Shown: piece by piece, positions 11,880 through 24,954 of the stretch
How the letters are laid out: the number at the start of each line of letters is the position of its first letter
How positions within the stretch are numbered: position 1 is the first letter of the stretch
Notes under the pieces: generated by a model
What the model saw: only the letters and a program-made list of their open reading frames with translations
Databases searched by the model: none
Told to the model about the DNA's origin: nothing
Source of the DNA: Octopus vulgaris
Taxonomy: Eukaryota
Direction of reading: 5' to 3'
NCBI GenBank assembly: GCA_951406725.2
Contig: OX597829.1
Location: 20,584,001 to 20,648,000, forward strand
Length of the DNA: 64,000 nucleotides
Program-made: the position numbers and the translations under genes

Positions 11880-14295
11880 CTCAGTTGCTGGCTAGGAAAT
11901 CTTTAATTAGATATAATAATAAATTATGGGCTAGGAAGGATACTAGAGACTATTTTGATATACCTATGGGGGCACCAGATTCTGCACAGGCTACTGATTT
12001 AGTAGGTATTTTTTTTATCAGAACTTCAATTAGAAAAATTTAAGTAGGAGGGTGGTCTATATAGGGATGACCTTTTATTACTTACTAGGGATTGTACAAA
12101 TAGAAAATTAGAATTATATAAAAAGAAACTTTATAATTTCTTTAAAAGATATGGTTTAAGTATTACTATTTATAATGAGAACTATAATGTTAATTATTTA
12201 GATGTTAATTTTATTTAATAATGGGTGAAACCCAACCATTCCATAAAATTAACGAAAATCTGAAATATATTCATTCTTATAGTAATCATCCACCTTCTGT
12301 TAAAGAATCGTTGATAAATAATGTAGGTAAAAGAATATCATTACTTGCTTATGATTTAGAGATTTTTAATAAACATGCACCTTGTTATAATAAAGCCCTG
12401 CATGATGCAGGATATAATAATAATATTAAATTTTTTAATACTTGTAAACATAATTATAATTTGAAGGAGTATAATATAAATGATTTTTATAATGATAAAC
12501 CTAATTATCTGAATTATGATAAATTTTATTTAGGTATCTATCATCCTAATAATAATAGGTATTTTGATGATGTAAATAATACATTTAATATTGGAATGAA
12601 AACTAAAAATAAGATAAAATTTAATTCAATTAACGAAGATAATAAATTTAATATTACAAAAAATATAATAATAATAATATAAAAATAAAATATGGTTAAT
12701 CGTTCCGTTTGGGGTTCAGTTTAAAGTAAATCTTATTAAAAGGATTTTAAATATAATTGAAATATTCATTATGGATAATAAAAAATATAACATTTTTTCT
12801 ACTAATAATTTTGGAGTTGGGTATTCAACTACTACTAATGTTGGTAATATTTCTTCATTAAATACATTTAAATTAAATAAATTCTACAAAGATATATTAA
12901 ACATTGATTCCAATAATAATAATAAAGACCAAGATATAATTTATTGTACATGTAGGGATAAAACTACATGTAAATTTAATAATTGTAATTTAGATAATGT
13001 AGTCTATAAGTGTATGGTAACTTTAATAGATGATAAGAATTTGAATTATCATAATTTAAACATATTTATATAGGGTCCACTTTGAATAAAATTAAATCTA
13101 GAGTAGCACAACATATGTATTCTTTTAGGAATAAAAATCTAATAAATTCAACAGGTCTCAGTAAATATATTTGAGACCTTAGATCTAGATCTATTAAATA
13201 TGAATTAACTTGGGAGATTATTTGTAGGGCTAAATCATATTCTATATGGAGTAATTATTGTTCATTGTGTAATAATGAATTAAAAGAAATATTATTTAAT
13301 AACAACTATGTGTTAGTAAACTCATTAGAGGAACGTAAAATTAAATGTAAACATGAATCAAATTACCTATATAATGGGTTTAGCTAATAAATGATTATAT
13401 AAATTGATTAAGATATATTAATTATAGTAATATATATTAATTTAAATATGATATATATTTTACTTATTTATTATTTGAACTTTAAATTTATAGTAAAAAG
13501 TCATTTAAAATTAAATGCTAACATAAATTTATTTATCTATATGATACGTTTAGCTTATTTTTCCGTATGTATAAAACCTTATCTCTTTTTATGTTATTTA
13601 TTGTAGATATAATTTAGTAGTATTAGTGTATAATTTACTATATTATTATGTGTTATATTAATATATTTGAATAATTTTAAACTTAGATATTTCCTAATAC
13701 ATAAATGATTATTTATAATTTTATTAAGACCTATTAATTATAGTAATATAAATTAATTTAATATTATATGTATATTTTATGTAATAATTATTTAGTAATT
13801 AATTTATAGTAAATAGTCATTTATAGTTCTTTTGTTATTCTATTTTTCTTTCATTCATGAAGCTTAAATTAATTTTTCATTAATAAATATTTTTCATCAT
13901 TTTCATTGATAATATTATTATATTTTTTACACGTCTTCACGAGTTTAATTTCTTATAAACGCTAAGTAATGTTTTTTACGTAACAATATTATTTAACTTT
14001 TGAATTGTATTAAGTTTGATTATTATTATGATTATTATTGTAGCTAAAATATTAATTTATATATAGTTACGATATGTATATCTATTTATTTATTATGTTT
14101 TATGATTATTATTAATTTTATAATGTGATTTAACGAATTATATAATTTAATTCGAGAATTAGTTTTGTAAGACAATATATTATTTAAAAGTTAGGTGGTC
14201 TATTTATTACATAATATTACATTTAAGTAAATTAGTTTAATATTAATTGATATTTTGATCAACTGTATAATTGAATAAAATAATAAATCTATATA
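11880..14295 (+). mobile_element. Decayed AT-rich Penelope-like element (Naiad-type RT + GIY-YIG)
   Basis: ARKSLIRYNNKLW, FDIPMGAPDSAQ, GGLYRDD, YSNHPP, CTCR-C-C..VVYKC, TGLSKYI, CSLCNNE; frameshifted. Confidence 0.85.
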
Positions 14296-14299
14296 TACT

Positions 14300-14313
14300 A
14301 CATCATCATCATT

Positions 14314-14349
<36 letters not shown>

Positions 14350-17300
14350 GTTTAGGTCCGCTTTCCATGCTAGCATAGGTTGGACGGTTCAACTGGGGTC
14401 TGGGAAGCCCGAAGGCTGCACCAGGCCAGTCAAATCTGGCAGTGTTTCTACAGCTAGATGCCCTTCCTAATACCAACCACTCCGTGAGTGTAGTGGGCGC
14501 TTTTTACGTGCCACCGACACATGTGCCAGACAAGGCTGGCGAACGGCCACGCTCGGATGGTGCTTTTTATGTGCCACCGGCACGGAGGTCAGGTGAGGCT
14601 GGCAATGGCCACGATTGGATCGTGTTTGTTACATGCCACGGGCACAGAGGCCAGTCGATACGGCGTTGGCTACGGCCACGTTCGGATGGTTCTCTTACAT
14701 GCCACCGGCACTGGTATCACAACTACAAATTCCATTGATGTTGATCGATTTCGATTTTCACTTGCCTCAACAGGTCTTCACAAGTAGAGTTTTGTGTCCC
14801 AAGAAGGAAGGTATGCACAGGTGGACTGACTACGTCCTAGGTAGAGGCCACGGGTTATGGTCTCACTTGTCCTGCCCGGTCTTCTCACGCACAGCCTACT
14901 TCCAAAGGTCGGTCTCTGGTCATTTCCTCGGTGAGACTTAAAGTTCGAAGGTCGTGCTTCACCACCTTGTCCCAGGTTTTCCTGGGTCTACCACTTCCAC
15001 AGGTTCCCTCAACCGCTAGGGTGTGGCACTTTTTCACACAACTATCTTCATCCAATTTTACCACGTGTCCATACCAGCGTAGAGGTCTCTCTTGCACACC
15101 ATGTCTGATGCTTCTTCGGTCCAACTTTTCTCTCAAGGCACTTACACTGTGTCGGCTATGAACACTGACATTACACATCCATTGGAACATACTGGCTTCA
15201 TTTCTTGCAAGCTTATGCATATCCTCAGCAGTCACAGCCCATGTTTCACTGCCATGTAGCATGGCTGTTCGTACACATGCGTCATACAGTCTGCCTTTTA
15301 CTCTGAGAGAGAGGCCTTTTGTTACCAGCAGAGGTAAGAGCTCTCTGAACTTTGCCCAGGCTATTCTTACTCTAGCAATTACACTTTCAGCACAGCCACC
15401 CCTGCTACTGACTTGATCACCTAGGTAATGGAAACTATCAACTATTTCTAGTTTTTCTCCCTGGAATGTGGCGGAGGATGATCTCTGCGCATTTTCAGTG
15501 TTTATTGCACCAGAGCATCTGCCATATACAAAACGTATCTTCCCAGTTAGCCTTCCTTTGACATTGCTGCACCTCTTATGTGTCCATAGCTTACACTTGG
15601 TGCATCTTATAGAGTTCCTACCTACGCCTTTTCTACAGATCGAGCAGGGCCATCTACCTGAAGGCGTTTGTGATTTGTCTACCTTCCTATTTATTAGGAC
15701 TTTGGTTTTAGCTAGGTTGACTCTAAGGCATGTAGTGACGTCATTTTCCAGTGTGCGCACACGAAACGTCATTCTTGAGTGTGCGTGTGCGGGGCTGGAA
15801 CCTTCTGGAAAGGCCTGAGGAAGTTCCCTCATGCACATGCGCTAGAGACTGGGGAAGAAAATTCCTTCGCGTTCCTTGTTAGCGTCGTTGACTTGAGAAA
15901 CGGCTATTGAAGAGAAAGGACGTGTGAAACGTGTGATCAGCTATTCTCCTGTACTAGACGCTTGGGATTTGACCTGGTCTGTTGCTGCTGAATTTGTTGT
16001 AAGAATCTTACAAATGTTAAAATTCAGCCTTGTTTCCAGAACCTACCAGTCAGGAACAAAACGCAACTTTAAAAATATATATGATTCTTTATTCTCTTAT
16101 TTACAAATGAAGCACGTTGGTATATTGGTATCCACTTGGTTAAATATAGCAAGGCTGAATTTTAACATTTGTAAGATTCTTACAACAAATTCAGCAGCAA
16201 CAGAGCAGGTCAAATCCCAAGCGTCAGGAACAGGAGAATGGCTGATCACACGTTTCACACGTCCTTTCTCTTCAATAGCCGTTTCTCAAGTCAACGACGC
16301 TAACAAGGAACGCGAAAGAATTTTCTTCCCCAGTCTCTAGCGCATGTGCATGAGGGAACTTCCTCAGGCCTTTCCAGAAGGTTCCAGCTCCGCACACGCA
16401 CACTGAAGGATTACGTTCTGCACACGCACACTGAGGAATTACGTACCGCACACGCACACTGAAGAATGACGTTGCCTGTGCGCACACTGGAAAATAACGT
16501 CACTACAGGCCCTTCGATTCTAATCCTTACTTCCACTCCTGAAACTTCTCCTCCAGTTCTGATAGTGACTCAGTAATTAGAGCAAGGTCATCAGCATAGA
16601 GGAGCTCCCAGGCGCATTCTGTCTTGAATTCCTCTGTTATTGCCTGGAGGACTATGATAAATAGGAGGTGGCTGAGGACTGAGCCTTGGTGAACCCCTAC
16701 CTCTACCCGGAATTCTTCACTGTACTTGTTGCCAACCCTCACCTTATTAACAGCGTCCCTGTACATGGCTCGCACAGCTCTCACTAACCATTCATCTATC
16801 CCTAGTTTCCTCATTGACCACCAGATAAGGGATCGGGGCACCCTGTCAAAGGCTTTCTCCAAGTCAACGAAAGCCAGGTACAGAGTTTTATCTTTGGCTA
16901 GGTATTTCTCCTACAGCTGTCTCACCAGAAATATGGCATTGGTAGTGCTTTTCCTTGGCATGAAACCGAACTGCATCTCGTCCAGGTTGACTCTCTCCCT
17001 AATCAGTTGGGCTATGACCCTTTCCGTAACCTTCGTTACCTGATCTAACAGCTTGATACCTCTAATTACTTGTATGTAGGGCGTCACCTTTACCTTTGTA
17101 GCAGTTGACTATTATGCTACTACACCAGTCACTGGGTATGACTCCTTCGTGTATCACCTGGTTAACTATACGGGTGACTAGGCTATAGCCGACACTGCCA
17201 GATATTTTGAGCATCTCTGCAGTAATTCCTGATGGGCCTGGGGTTTTCCCTGTCTTCATGCTTCTAATTGCCTTAACTACCAAGGAACTGTCAACTTGGA

Positions 17301-18249
17301 TAGCTGGTCCCTCTGTTGGGTCGACATTCGGCAGACTCTCTTTATCCCATTCATTTTCTTTATTCAGCAACCTTTCATAGTGGCATCTCCAAACCTCTCT
17401 CTTTGCATCCTCATTTAGTGCAAGTGAACCATCATCCATGCGAACACATTTCTCTCCTACCACATCACGATTCTCTCTTACACACTGTCTTGCAGCACGA
17501 AATACTTCAAATCTTTGGTCCTCACGACGCAGAACATTGGCAAATTTTTTCTTATCTGCTTCCCCTCTGGCTAAATAACCCTGTCTCCTAGCTTCTCTTT
17601 TCGCAGTCTGATATAAAACCCTGCTACCGCCATTCTTCCAGTCCTTCCAAGCCTGTCTTTTGTCTCTAATCTACGACATTGCTCCACCACCACGTTACCC
17701 TGGGACTTTGCTCCATCCACAGATCTGGTCAGTGGCTCTCAGCAGATTGTCCCGTAGAAACCTCCAGTTGTCTTCCACATTATGTGAAGCTATATCCCCT
17801 TCTATTTCGTCGAATGCTTCGAGTAGGACGTCTCTAAATCTCCGTCCATTTGCAAGATCTTTAAGTTTCTAGACCCTTCTCCTCCGAGCTGGTCTTCTTC
17901 TGGGCAGCCATTTGGCCCTGATCCTGAAATCGCTAACTACTAATCTATATTGAAGAGTACATTCTTCGCCTGGGAAGGTTTTGGCATTTATAAGCAGCCC
18001 TCTTTCCCTCTTTCTGGCGAGGATGTAGTCGATCTGGCTAGAGTGTCTGCCAGAACGGTAGGTGACTAGGTGAGAGGTGGGTTTCCTGAAGTTGGTATTG
18101 CAAATCATAAGGTCATTTGCATCGCAGAACTCCAGCAGCCTGGTTCCCTCCTCATTGCGAGAACCAAAACCGTAGTCTCCATGTATGCCGTGGAAGCCCC
18201 CGACATGCCGTCCAACATGTCCACTGAAGTCACCTGCCACAAAGAGAAG
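14300..18249 (-). mobile_element. RTE-clade LINE (EN-RT-C-terminus, 3' UTR, (GAT)n tail), broken, interrupted at 15731-16507
   Basis: GDFSGHVG, QIDYIL, EKAFDRVPR, GVHQGSVLS, LLYADDL, WPCSIC..CTKC..H..C, LHGSETW, RGRPRKTW-like motifs; (cat)n at ~14300-14348. Confidence 0.9.
15731..16507. mobile_element. Foldback insertion made of two inverted LTR outer ends (TGTAG...CTACA) with a 4-bp TSD GGC(C/A)
   Basis: 15731-16032 is the reverse complement of ~16150-16507; the empty site gaagggccttagag is seen at ~22296-22309. Confidence 0.8.
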
Positions 18250-18250
18250 A

Positions 18251-20210
18251 TAACCTTCACCTTCTACGCTACACCTTAGACAGGGTTGGGAAATTAGCCG
18301 GCAAGGGAGGGGCATTGGTCCATTTAGACAAAAGTAAAGCGTTCGATAGGGTAGACCATCAGTACCTGGGGGCGGTCCTCGAAGCGGCTGGGCTGGGCCC
18401 TGGCTTTTGCGGGTGGATCTCCGCTATGTACAGCGGCATAAAATCCACAGTCCAGATAAACGGCTACCTAACGGAGCCGTTTTCGATCACGCGTTCTGTT
18501 CGTCAAGGTTGTCCTTTGTCTCCACTTCTGTTCGTTTTGGCTATTGAGCCATTACTGCGGAGGTTGGAGAAGTTAGGAGGCAACCCAAATGAAATCGCAT
18601 GCGGTAGGTCTGTTTCCGCCTATGCAGATGACGTCACCCTCATCGTGTCCGACGAAGCACAACTACCTCGTATAGAAGGTACTCTCCGAAGATACGAAGC
18701 GGTGGCAGGTGCAAAAGTTAACAAGGACAAGTCCATCGGTTTGCGTTTCGGCACCTGGAGGAACAAGCCGATATCGTCCAGTGTCGTCGGACATTGGACA
18801 GATGATCCTGTTAAGTTGCTCGGAGTTTGTTTGCTCCGGACTCACAGGCGGAGAAGAATTGGAGCGAGGCAGTGAACAAGGTGGAGGCTATAGTACAGAA
18901 GTGGTCCGGAAGGCCTCTGTCCTTGAAGGGCAGGGCGGAGGTAGTGCAGGTGTTTGTAGCATCTGTAATCACCTACCGCCTGTCCGTGGTGCCTTGCCCC
19001 GATTCGTGGATGAACAAGTTGGAGCGAATCATCTTCCGCTTTTTGTGGAAGGGAGGAAATCCACTTGTGAAGAGCTCCGTTTGCTGCCAGGAACCGTTAA
19101 AAGGTGGACTGGGGATGCCCTGGCTGATGATGCGCAGACATGCGTTGAGGCTGAGACATCTCTGGTGCCACTTGAAGAGTGATAGGGTGTGAAGTCCGCT
19201 GGCGGAGGAGCTCTTGCCGCGACCGGCCTCCTTGGAGGGATTTAAACCCGGTCTCATTAAAAGACGAAACCTGACTTTATGGCAGAAGGAGTGCCATCAG
19301 GCACTCTGGCTGATCCACAAGGCGGGCAAGGCCAGCAGTGGGAATACCACCTCGGTGTTCTATAGAGGGCTGGTAGAGGAAAAGAACGATGACGTCCTAG
19401 GAAGGGCTCTGGGGCTCGATGAGAACCAACTCGCCAACCTGTTTAAAAAAACTTTCAGGTCGGGGTATTTGGATAACTTCCCTGACCTGGCAGTGTTATA
19501 GGAACGCTTTACCTGTTCGAGATAAGTTATCCAGACACGGAGTACCAGTGTCACCGACGTGTCCAAGATGCGGGGTAGACAAGGAAACTGTCCAGCACGC
19601 TATTGTGCAATGTCGGGAGCTATCTAGCTTGATGAGTTACGTCAAACACGTGCTGTCGCATTTGGGGCGAGTACAGCTGTCAGCTGAATCTATGATAAAG
19701 ATGATTCCGCCAGCTGGACTCACAGAGGAAGGTAAAGCATGTTTTTACTGTACGGTTGCAATATTGAAAGAGTGCGTCTGGAGAACGAGGATGGAAGGTG
19801 CGGTGAAAGGGTCTTTCATCTCAGGCCCCGGTTTGCTGACCTACTTCAGATACCATCTGAAGAGCAAGATGGGGCTGGAGAGGAGGACCCTGCCACCGAG
19901 AGTATTCGAGAAACAACGGAAGGATGTGATGAGAAAGGTGGGTGTTAGTAACCCAGCTTAATCATTGAGGAAAGGAAAAGTTCGTTGCAGGACCTTACAG
20001 GTGCGACCTATAACGTTTTGTTCGTGTGTTTCTATGACTTAGTTTCAGTTTACATCAAAGTTCTAATTTTTTTCAAACGATATATAAAATACATATTATG
20101 TAAGTTAATTTTTAATATTTATACAATGCGAACTCATGTAACATCTTTGTCTTTTGTTTGTCCTGTATTGTCTCATTTTATGTAAGATCACCATGATCAT
20201 AATAAAGATA
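18251..20210 (+). mobile_element. 5'-truncated Tx1/L1-clade LINE (RT, C-terminal Zn finger, 3' UTR), frameshifted
   Basis: [38 protein letters not shown]...ETVQHAIVQC; aataaa at ~20201. Confidence 0.88.
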
Positions 20211-20759
20211 TTCTACTGATTCTCATTGCTTCGGATGATAAAACTCGGGTTTCAGAAATGAGCAGCTAACCTATTTTGACTTTAACCTCATCCATTACTG
20301 TTTATGCGTAGATCTGTAACACTAACGCCTTCCGCTCTCTATTATTTATCTCTCTATCTTGTCCCTCTCTATTATTTATCTCTCTGTCTTGTAAACAGGA
20401 TGCCGCTAGCTTTCTATTTGTCTTAGACGATGCATTTTCTATATTCCTCCTTTATTTCAGGGTTGTCCTTTTCTCCCAAATTCCCTTAAAAATTTCGCCT
20501 TTCAGCTCTTGGCACACGCTTTTCGACATTTGCTGTTTCGCGGTAGTCCCGCCCCTCCACCAAAACTGGAAGTCAGTACCTCTCTACAAAAACCGGTCAT
20601 ACCTCCCTCCACCAAAACCGGAAGTTAGTACCTCAGTCTTACTTGTGCATCCCCTCCCGCGGACACTCACCCACAACCCTATTGTAGGACTTATTCGGTC
20701 ATATAGCGCAAAAAAACTGTGTAGTGTATGCAGGTTAGTCTGGTGTTTCTAGTGTTTCT

Positions 20760-22697
20760 TTATGAAATCTGCCAATTGCTGTCCCTCATCCCAGGGTCTC
20801 GCAGGCCCACACCTCCCACACCCTCAGAGTTTGCACATTGAAAGGTAGGTCTGGTGAGATTATCGAGCTGCTTGAACGGAGACGTTTGGATTTGTGCTGC
20901 ATCCAAGAAGTAAGGTGGAGAGGAGGTTCCGCTAGGTTCCTCACCGGCAAAGAACACAGGTACAAGATTTTCTGGGCAGGGAACACTGACGGGGTCGGGG
21001 GCATGGGTATACTTCTTGCAGAGAAATGGGTTGATAAGGTAAACGAGGTAGTCAGAGTATGTGACAGAATACTTAAGATTAGATTAGTGCTTCATCATAG
21101 GTCAGCTACCATCAACTTGGCATCTGCCCCTCAACCGGGGCTACCTGAAGGACAGAAAGACCGATTCTATGACACCCTATTACAGACTACCTCGTTGACA
21201 AATGACAGAGACCTTCTCTTTGTGGCAGGGGACTTCAATGGACATGTTGGACGGCATGTCGGGGGCTTCCACGGCATACATGGAGACTACGGTTTTGGTT
21301 CTCGCAATGAGGAGGGAAGACAGTATGTGAGAGAGAACCGTGATGTGGTAAGAGAGAAATGTGTTCACATAGATGATGGTTCACTTGCACTAAATGAGGA
21401 TGCAAAGAGAGAGGTTTGGAGATGCCACTATGAAAGGTTGCTGAATAAAGAAAATAAATGGGATAAAGAGAGTCTGCCGAATGTCGACCCAACAGAGGGA
21501 CCAGCTATCCAAGTTGACAGTTCCTTGGTAGTTAAGGCAATTAGAAGCATGAAGACAGGGAAAACCCCAGGCCCATCAGGAATTACTGCAGAGATGCTCA
21601 AAATATCTGGCAGTGTCGGCTATAGCCTAGTCACTCGTATAGTTAACCAGGTGATACACGAAGGAGTCATACCCAATGACTGGTGTAGTAGCATAATAGT
21701 CAACTGCTACAAAGGTAAAGGTGACGCCCTACATACAAGTAATTACAGAGGTATCAAGCTGTTAGATCAGGTAACGAAAGTTACGGAAAGGGTCATAGCC
21801 CAACTGATTAGGGAGAGAGTCAACCTGGACGAGATGCAGTTCGTTTTCATGCCAGGGAAAAGCACCACCAATGTCATATTTCTGGTGAGACAGCTGCAGG
21901 AGAAATACCTAGCCAAAGATAAAACTCTGTACCTGGCTTTCGTTGACTTGGAGAAAGCCTTTGACAGGGTGCCCCGATCCCTTATCTGGTGGTCAATGAG
22001 GAAACTAGGGATAGATGAATGGTTAGTGAGAGCTGTGCGAGCCATGTACAGGGACGCTGTTAATAAGGTGAGGGTTGGCAACAAGTACAGTGAAGAATTC
22101 CGGGTAGGGGTAGGGGTTCACCAAGGCTCAGTCCTCAGCCTCCTCCTATTTATCATAGTCCTCCAGGCAATAACGGAGGAATTCAAGACAGAATGCCCCT
22201 GGGAGCTCCTCTATGCTGATGACCTTGGTCTAATTGCTCAGTCACTATCAGAACTGGAGGAGAAGTTTCAGGTGTGGAAGTAAGGATTAGAATCGAAGGG
22301 CCTTAGAGTCAACCTTGGTAAAACTGAAGTCCTAATAAGTAGGAAGGTAGACAAATCACAAACGCCTTCAGGAAGATGGCCCTGCTCGATCTGTAGAAAA
22401 GGCGTAGTAGGAACTCTAGAAGATGCACCAAATGTAAGCTATGGACACATAAGAGGTGCAGCAATGTCAAGGAAGGCTAACTGGGAAGATACCTTTTGTA
22501 TGTGGCAGATGCTCTGGTGCAATAAACACTGAAAATGCGCAGAGACCATCTTCCGCAACATTCCAGGGAGAAAAACTAGAAATAGTTGATAGTTTCCGTT
22601 ACCTAGGTGATCAAGTCAGTAGCAGGGGTGGGTGTGCTGAAAGTGTAACTGCTAGAGTAAGAATAGCCTGGGCAAAGTTCAGAGATCTCTTACCCCT
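20760..22697 (+). mobile_element. RTE LINE 5' part: EN fused in frame to RT by an internal deletion at ~21318; premature stop at 22281
   Basis: ORF 20838-22283 has CIQEVRW, GDFNGHVG, DLEKAFDRV, YADD; the deleted block is present in the left arm (~17490-18150). Confidence 0.88.
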
Positions 22698-23529
22698 GCG
22701 ACGGCAGAGAAAGGCGTCGTTGAGATGAAGGCGTCGATGGTGGAAACGTCCTGCGTTGCTGGTGTATGTTAGCGTCGTCATTATTGCGGAAGATAAGAGA
22801 GGTTCCATTTATGCCAATTGGAATTGCTGGTTGTATAGAATTTATAATTTCAAAAACCGTGGGAAAATGTCTACGTTAGTATACCTAATGCACTTGAGAG
22901 TGAAAGCTCAGGGAATGGTAGTTGGTGCTCTACCAATTGGTTCAGACTCGGTAGAAACTAGATTTTAATTAAGTGTTCTATGGTCTATGACCAGAACTCG
23001 GGGTCACCACTGTAAAGGGAACTGGTTGATTCTTTACACTTTTTGGGTGCAACTTGGGTGCAACACAATTTCCTCTCTTTTTGTTTCCAGAAACTACCAG
23101 TCAGGAACAAAACGCAACTTTAAAAATATATATGATTCTTTATTCTCTTATTTACAAATGAAGCACGTTGGTATATTGGTATCCACTTGGTTAAATATAG
23201 CAAGGCTGAATTTTAACATTTGTAAGATTCTTACAACAAATTCAGCAGCAACAGAGCAGGTCAAATCCCAAGCGTCAGGAACAGGAGAATGGCTGATCAC
23301 ACGTTTCACACGTCCTTTCTCTTCAATAGCCGTTTCTCAAGTCAACGACGCTAACAAGGAACGCGAAGGAATTTTCTTCCCCAGTCTCTAGCGCATGTGC
23401 ATGAGGGAACTTCCTCAGGCCTTTCCAGAAGGTTCCAGCCCGCACACGCACACTGAAGAATTACGTTCCGCACACGCACACTCAAGAATGACGTTGCGTG
23501 TGCGCACACTGGAAAATGACGTCACTACA
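22698..23529 (-). mobile_element. Gypsy-type LTR retrotransposon 5' end: ~519-bp LTR (23529-23011), PBS, leader, truncated near the gag start
   Basis: Minus strand TGTAGTG...CCCTTTACA then G-TGGTGACCCCGAG (PBS, ~23009-22997); ends in ...PFSAVA, like a Gypsy gag N-terminus. Confidence 0.75.
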
Positions 23530-24915
23530 GGCCTTAGAGTCAACCTAGCTAAAACCAAAGTCCTAATAAGTAGGAAGGTAGACAAATCACAAACGCCTTC
23601 AGGTAGATGGCCCTGCTCGATCTGTAGAAAAGGCGTAGGTAGGAACTCTATAAGATGCACCAAGTGTAAGCTATGGACACATAAGAGGTGCAGCAATGTC
23701 AAAGGAAGGCTAACTGGGAAGATACGTTTTGTATATGGCAGATGCTCTGGTGCAATAAACACTGAAAATGCGCGGAGACCATCCTCCGCCACATTCCAGG
23801 GAGAAAAACTAGAAATAGTTGATAGTTTCCGTTACCTAGGTGATCAAGTCAGTAGCAGGGGTGGGTGTGCTGAAAGTGTAATTGCTAGAGTAAGAATAGC
23901 CTGGGCAAAGTTCAGAGATCTCTTACCTCTGCTGATAACAAAAGGCATCTCGCTCAGAGTAAAAGGCAGACTGTATGACGCATGTGTACGAACAGCAATG
24001 CTACATGGCAGTGAAACATGGGCCGTGACTGCTGAGGATATGCATAAGCTTGCAAGAAATGAAGCCAGTATGTTCCAATGGATGTGGAATGTCTTTGTTC
24101 ATAGCCGACAGAGTGTAAGTGCCTTGAGAGAAAAGTTGGACCTAAGAAGCTACAGACATGGTGTGCAAGAGAGACCTCTACGCTGGTATGGACACATGGT
24201 AAAATTGGATGAAGATAGTTGTGTGAAAAAGTGCCACACCCTAGCGGTTGAGGGAACCTGTGGAAGTGGTAGACCCAGGAAAACCTGGGACGAGGTGGTG
24301 AAGCACGACCTTCGAACTTTAAGTCTCACCGAGGTAATGACCGGAGACCGACCTTTGGAAGTAGGCTGTGCGTGAGAAGACCCGGCAGGACAAGTGAGGC
24401 CATAACCCGTGGCCTCTATCTAGGACATAGTCAGTCCACCTATACATACCTTCCTTCTTGGGACACAAAACTCTACTTGTGAAGACCTGTTGGGGCAAGT
24501 GAAAATCGAAATCGATCAACATCAATGGAATTTGTAGTTGTGATACCAGTGCCGGTGGCATGTAAGAGAACCATCCGAACGTGGCCGTAGCCAGCGCCGT
24601 ATCGACTGGCCTCTGTGCCCGTGCCATGTAACAAACACGATCCAATCGTGGCCATTGCCAGCCTCACCTGACCTCTGTGCCAGTGGCACATAAAAAGCAC
24701 CATCCGAGCGTGGCCGTTCGCCATCCTCGTCTGGCACATGTGTCGGTGGCACGTAAAAAGCGCCCACTACACTCACGGAGTGGTTGGTATTAGGAAGGGC
24801 ATCCAGCTGTAGAAACACTGCCAGATTTTACTGGCCTGGTGCAGCCTTCGGGCTTCCCAGACCCCAGTTGAACCGTCCAACCTATGCTAGCATGGAAAGC
24901 GGACCTAAACGATGG

Positions 24916-24953
<38 letters not shown>
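23530..24953 (+). mobile_element. RTE LINE 3' part with 3' UTR and (GAT)n tail
   Basis: Mirror of 14300-15730; ORF 23395-24375 homology begins at LRVNLAKTK. Confidence 0.9.
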
Positions 24954-24954
24954 T

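Larger units (their letters stand above)
5581..18249 (+). repeat. Left arm of a large inverted segmental duplication
   Basis: Reverse complement of 21213-33083; mirrored ORFs 5696/32967, 7279/31576, 8097/30760, 8965/29997, 10615/28411, 14442/24818, 16726/22084. Confidence 0.95.

Noticed and set aside
15924-16340. 138-aa ORF and the related ORF 22987-23391
   Set aside because: They lie within LTR sequence and have no protein motifs.
20186-20200. gatcaccatgatca, resembling U1 snRNA stem-loop I, at the Tx1 3' end
   Set aside because: Too short, no other U1 sequence; more likely a 3' UTR hairpin.
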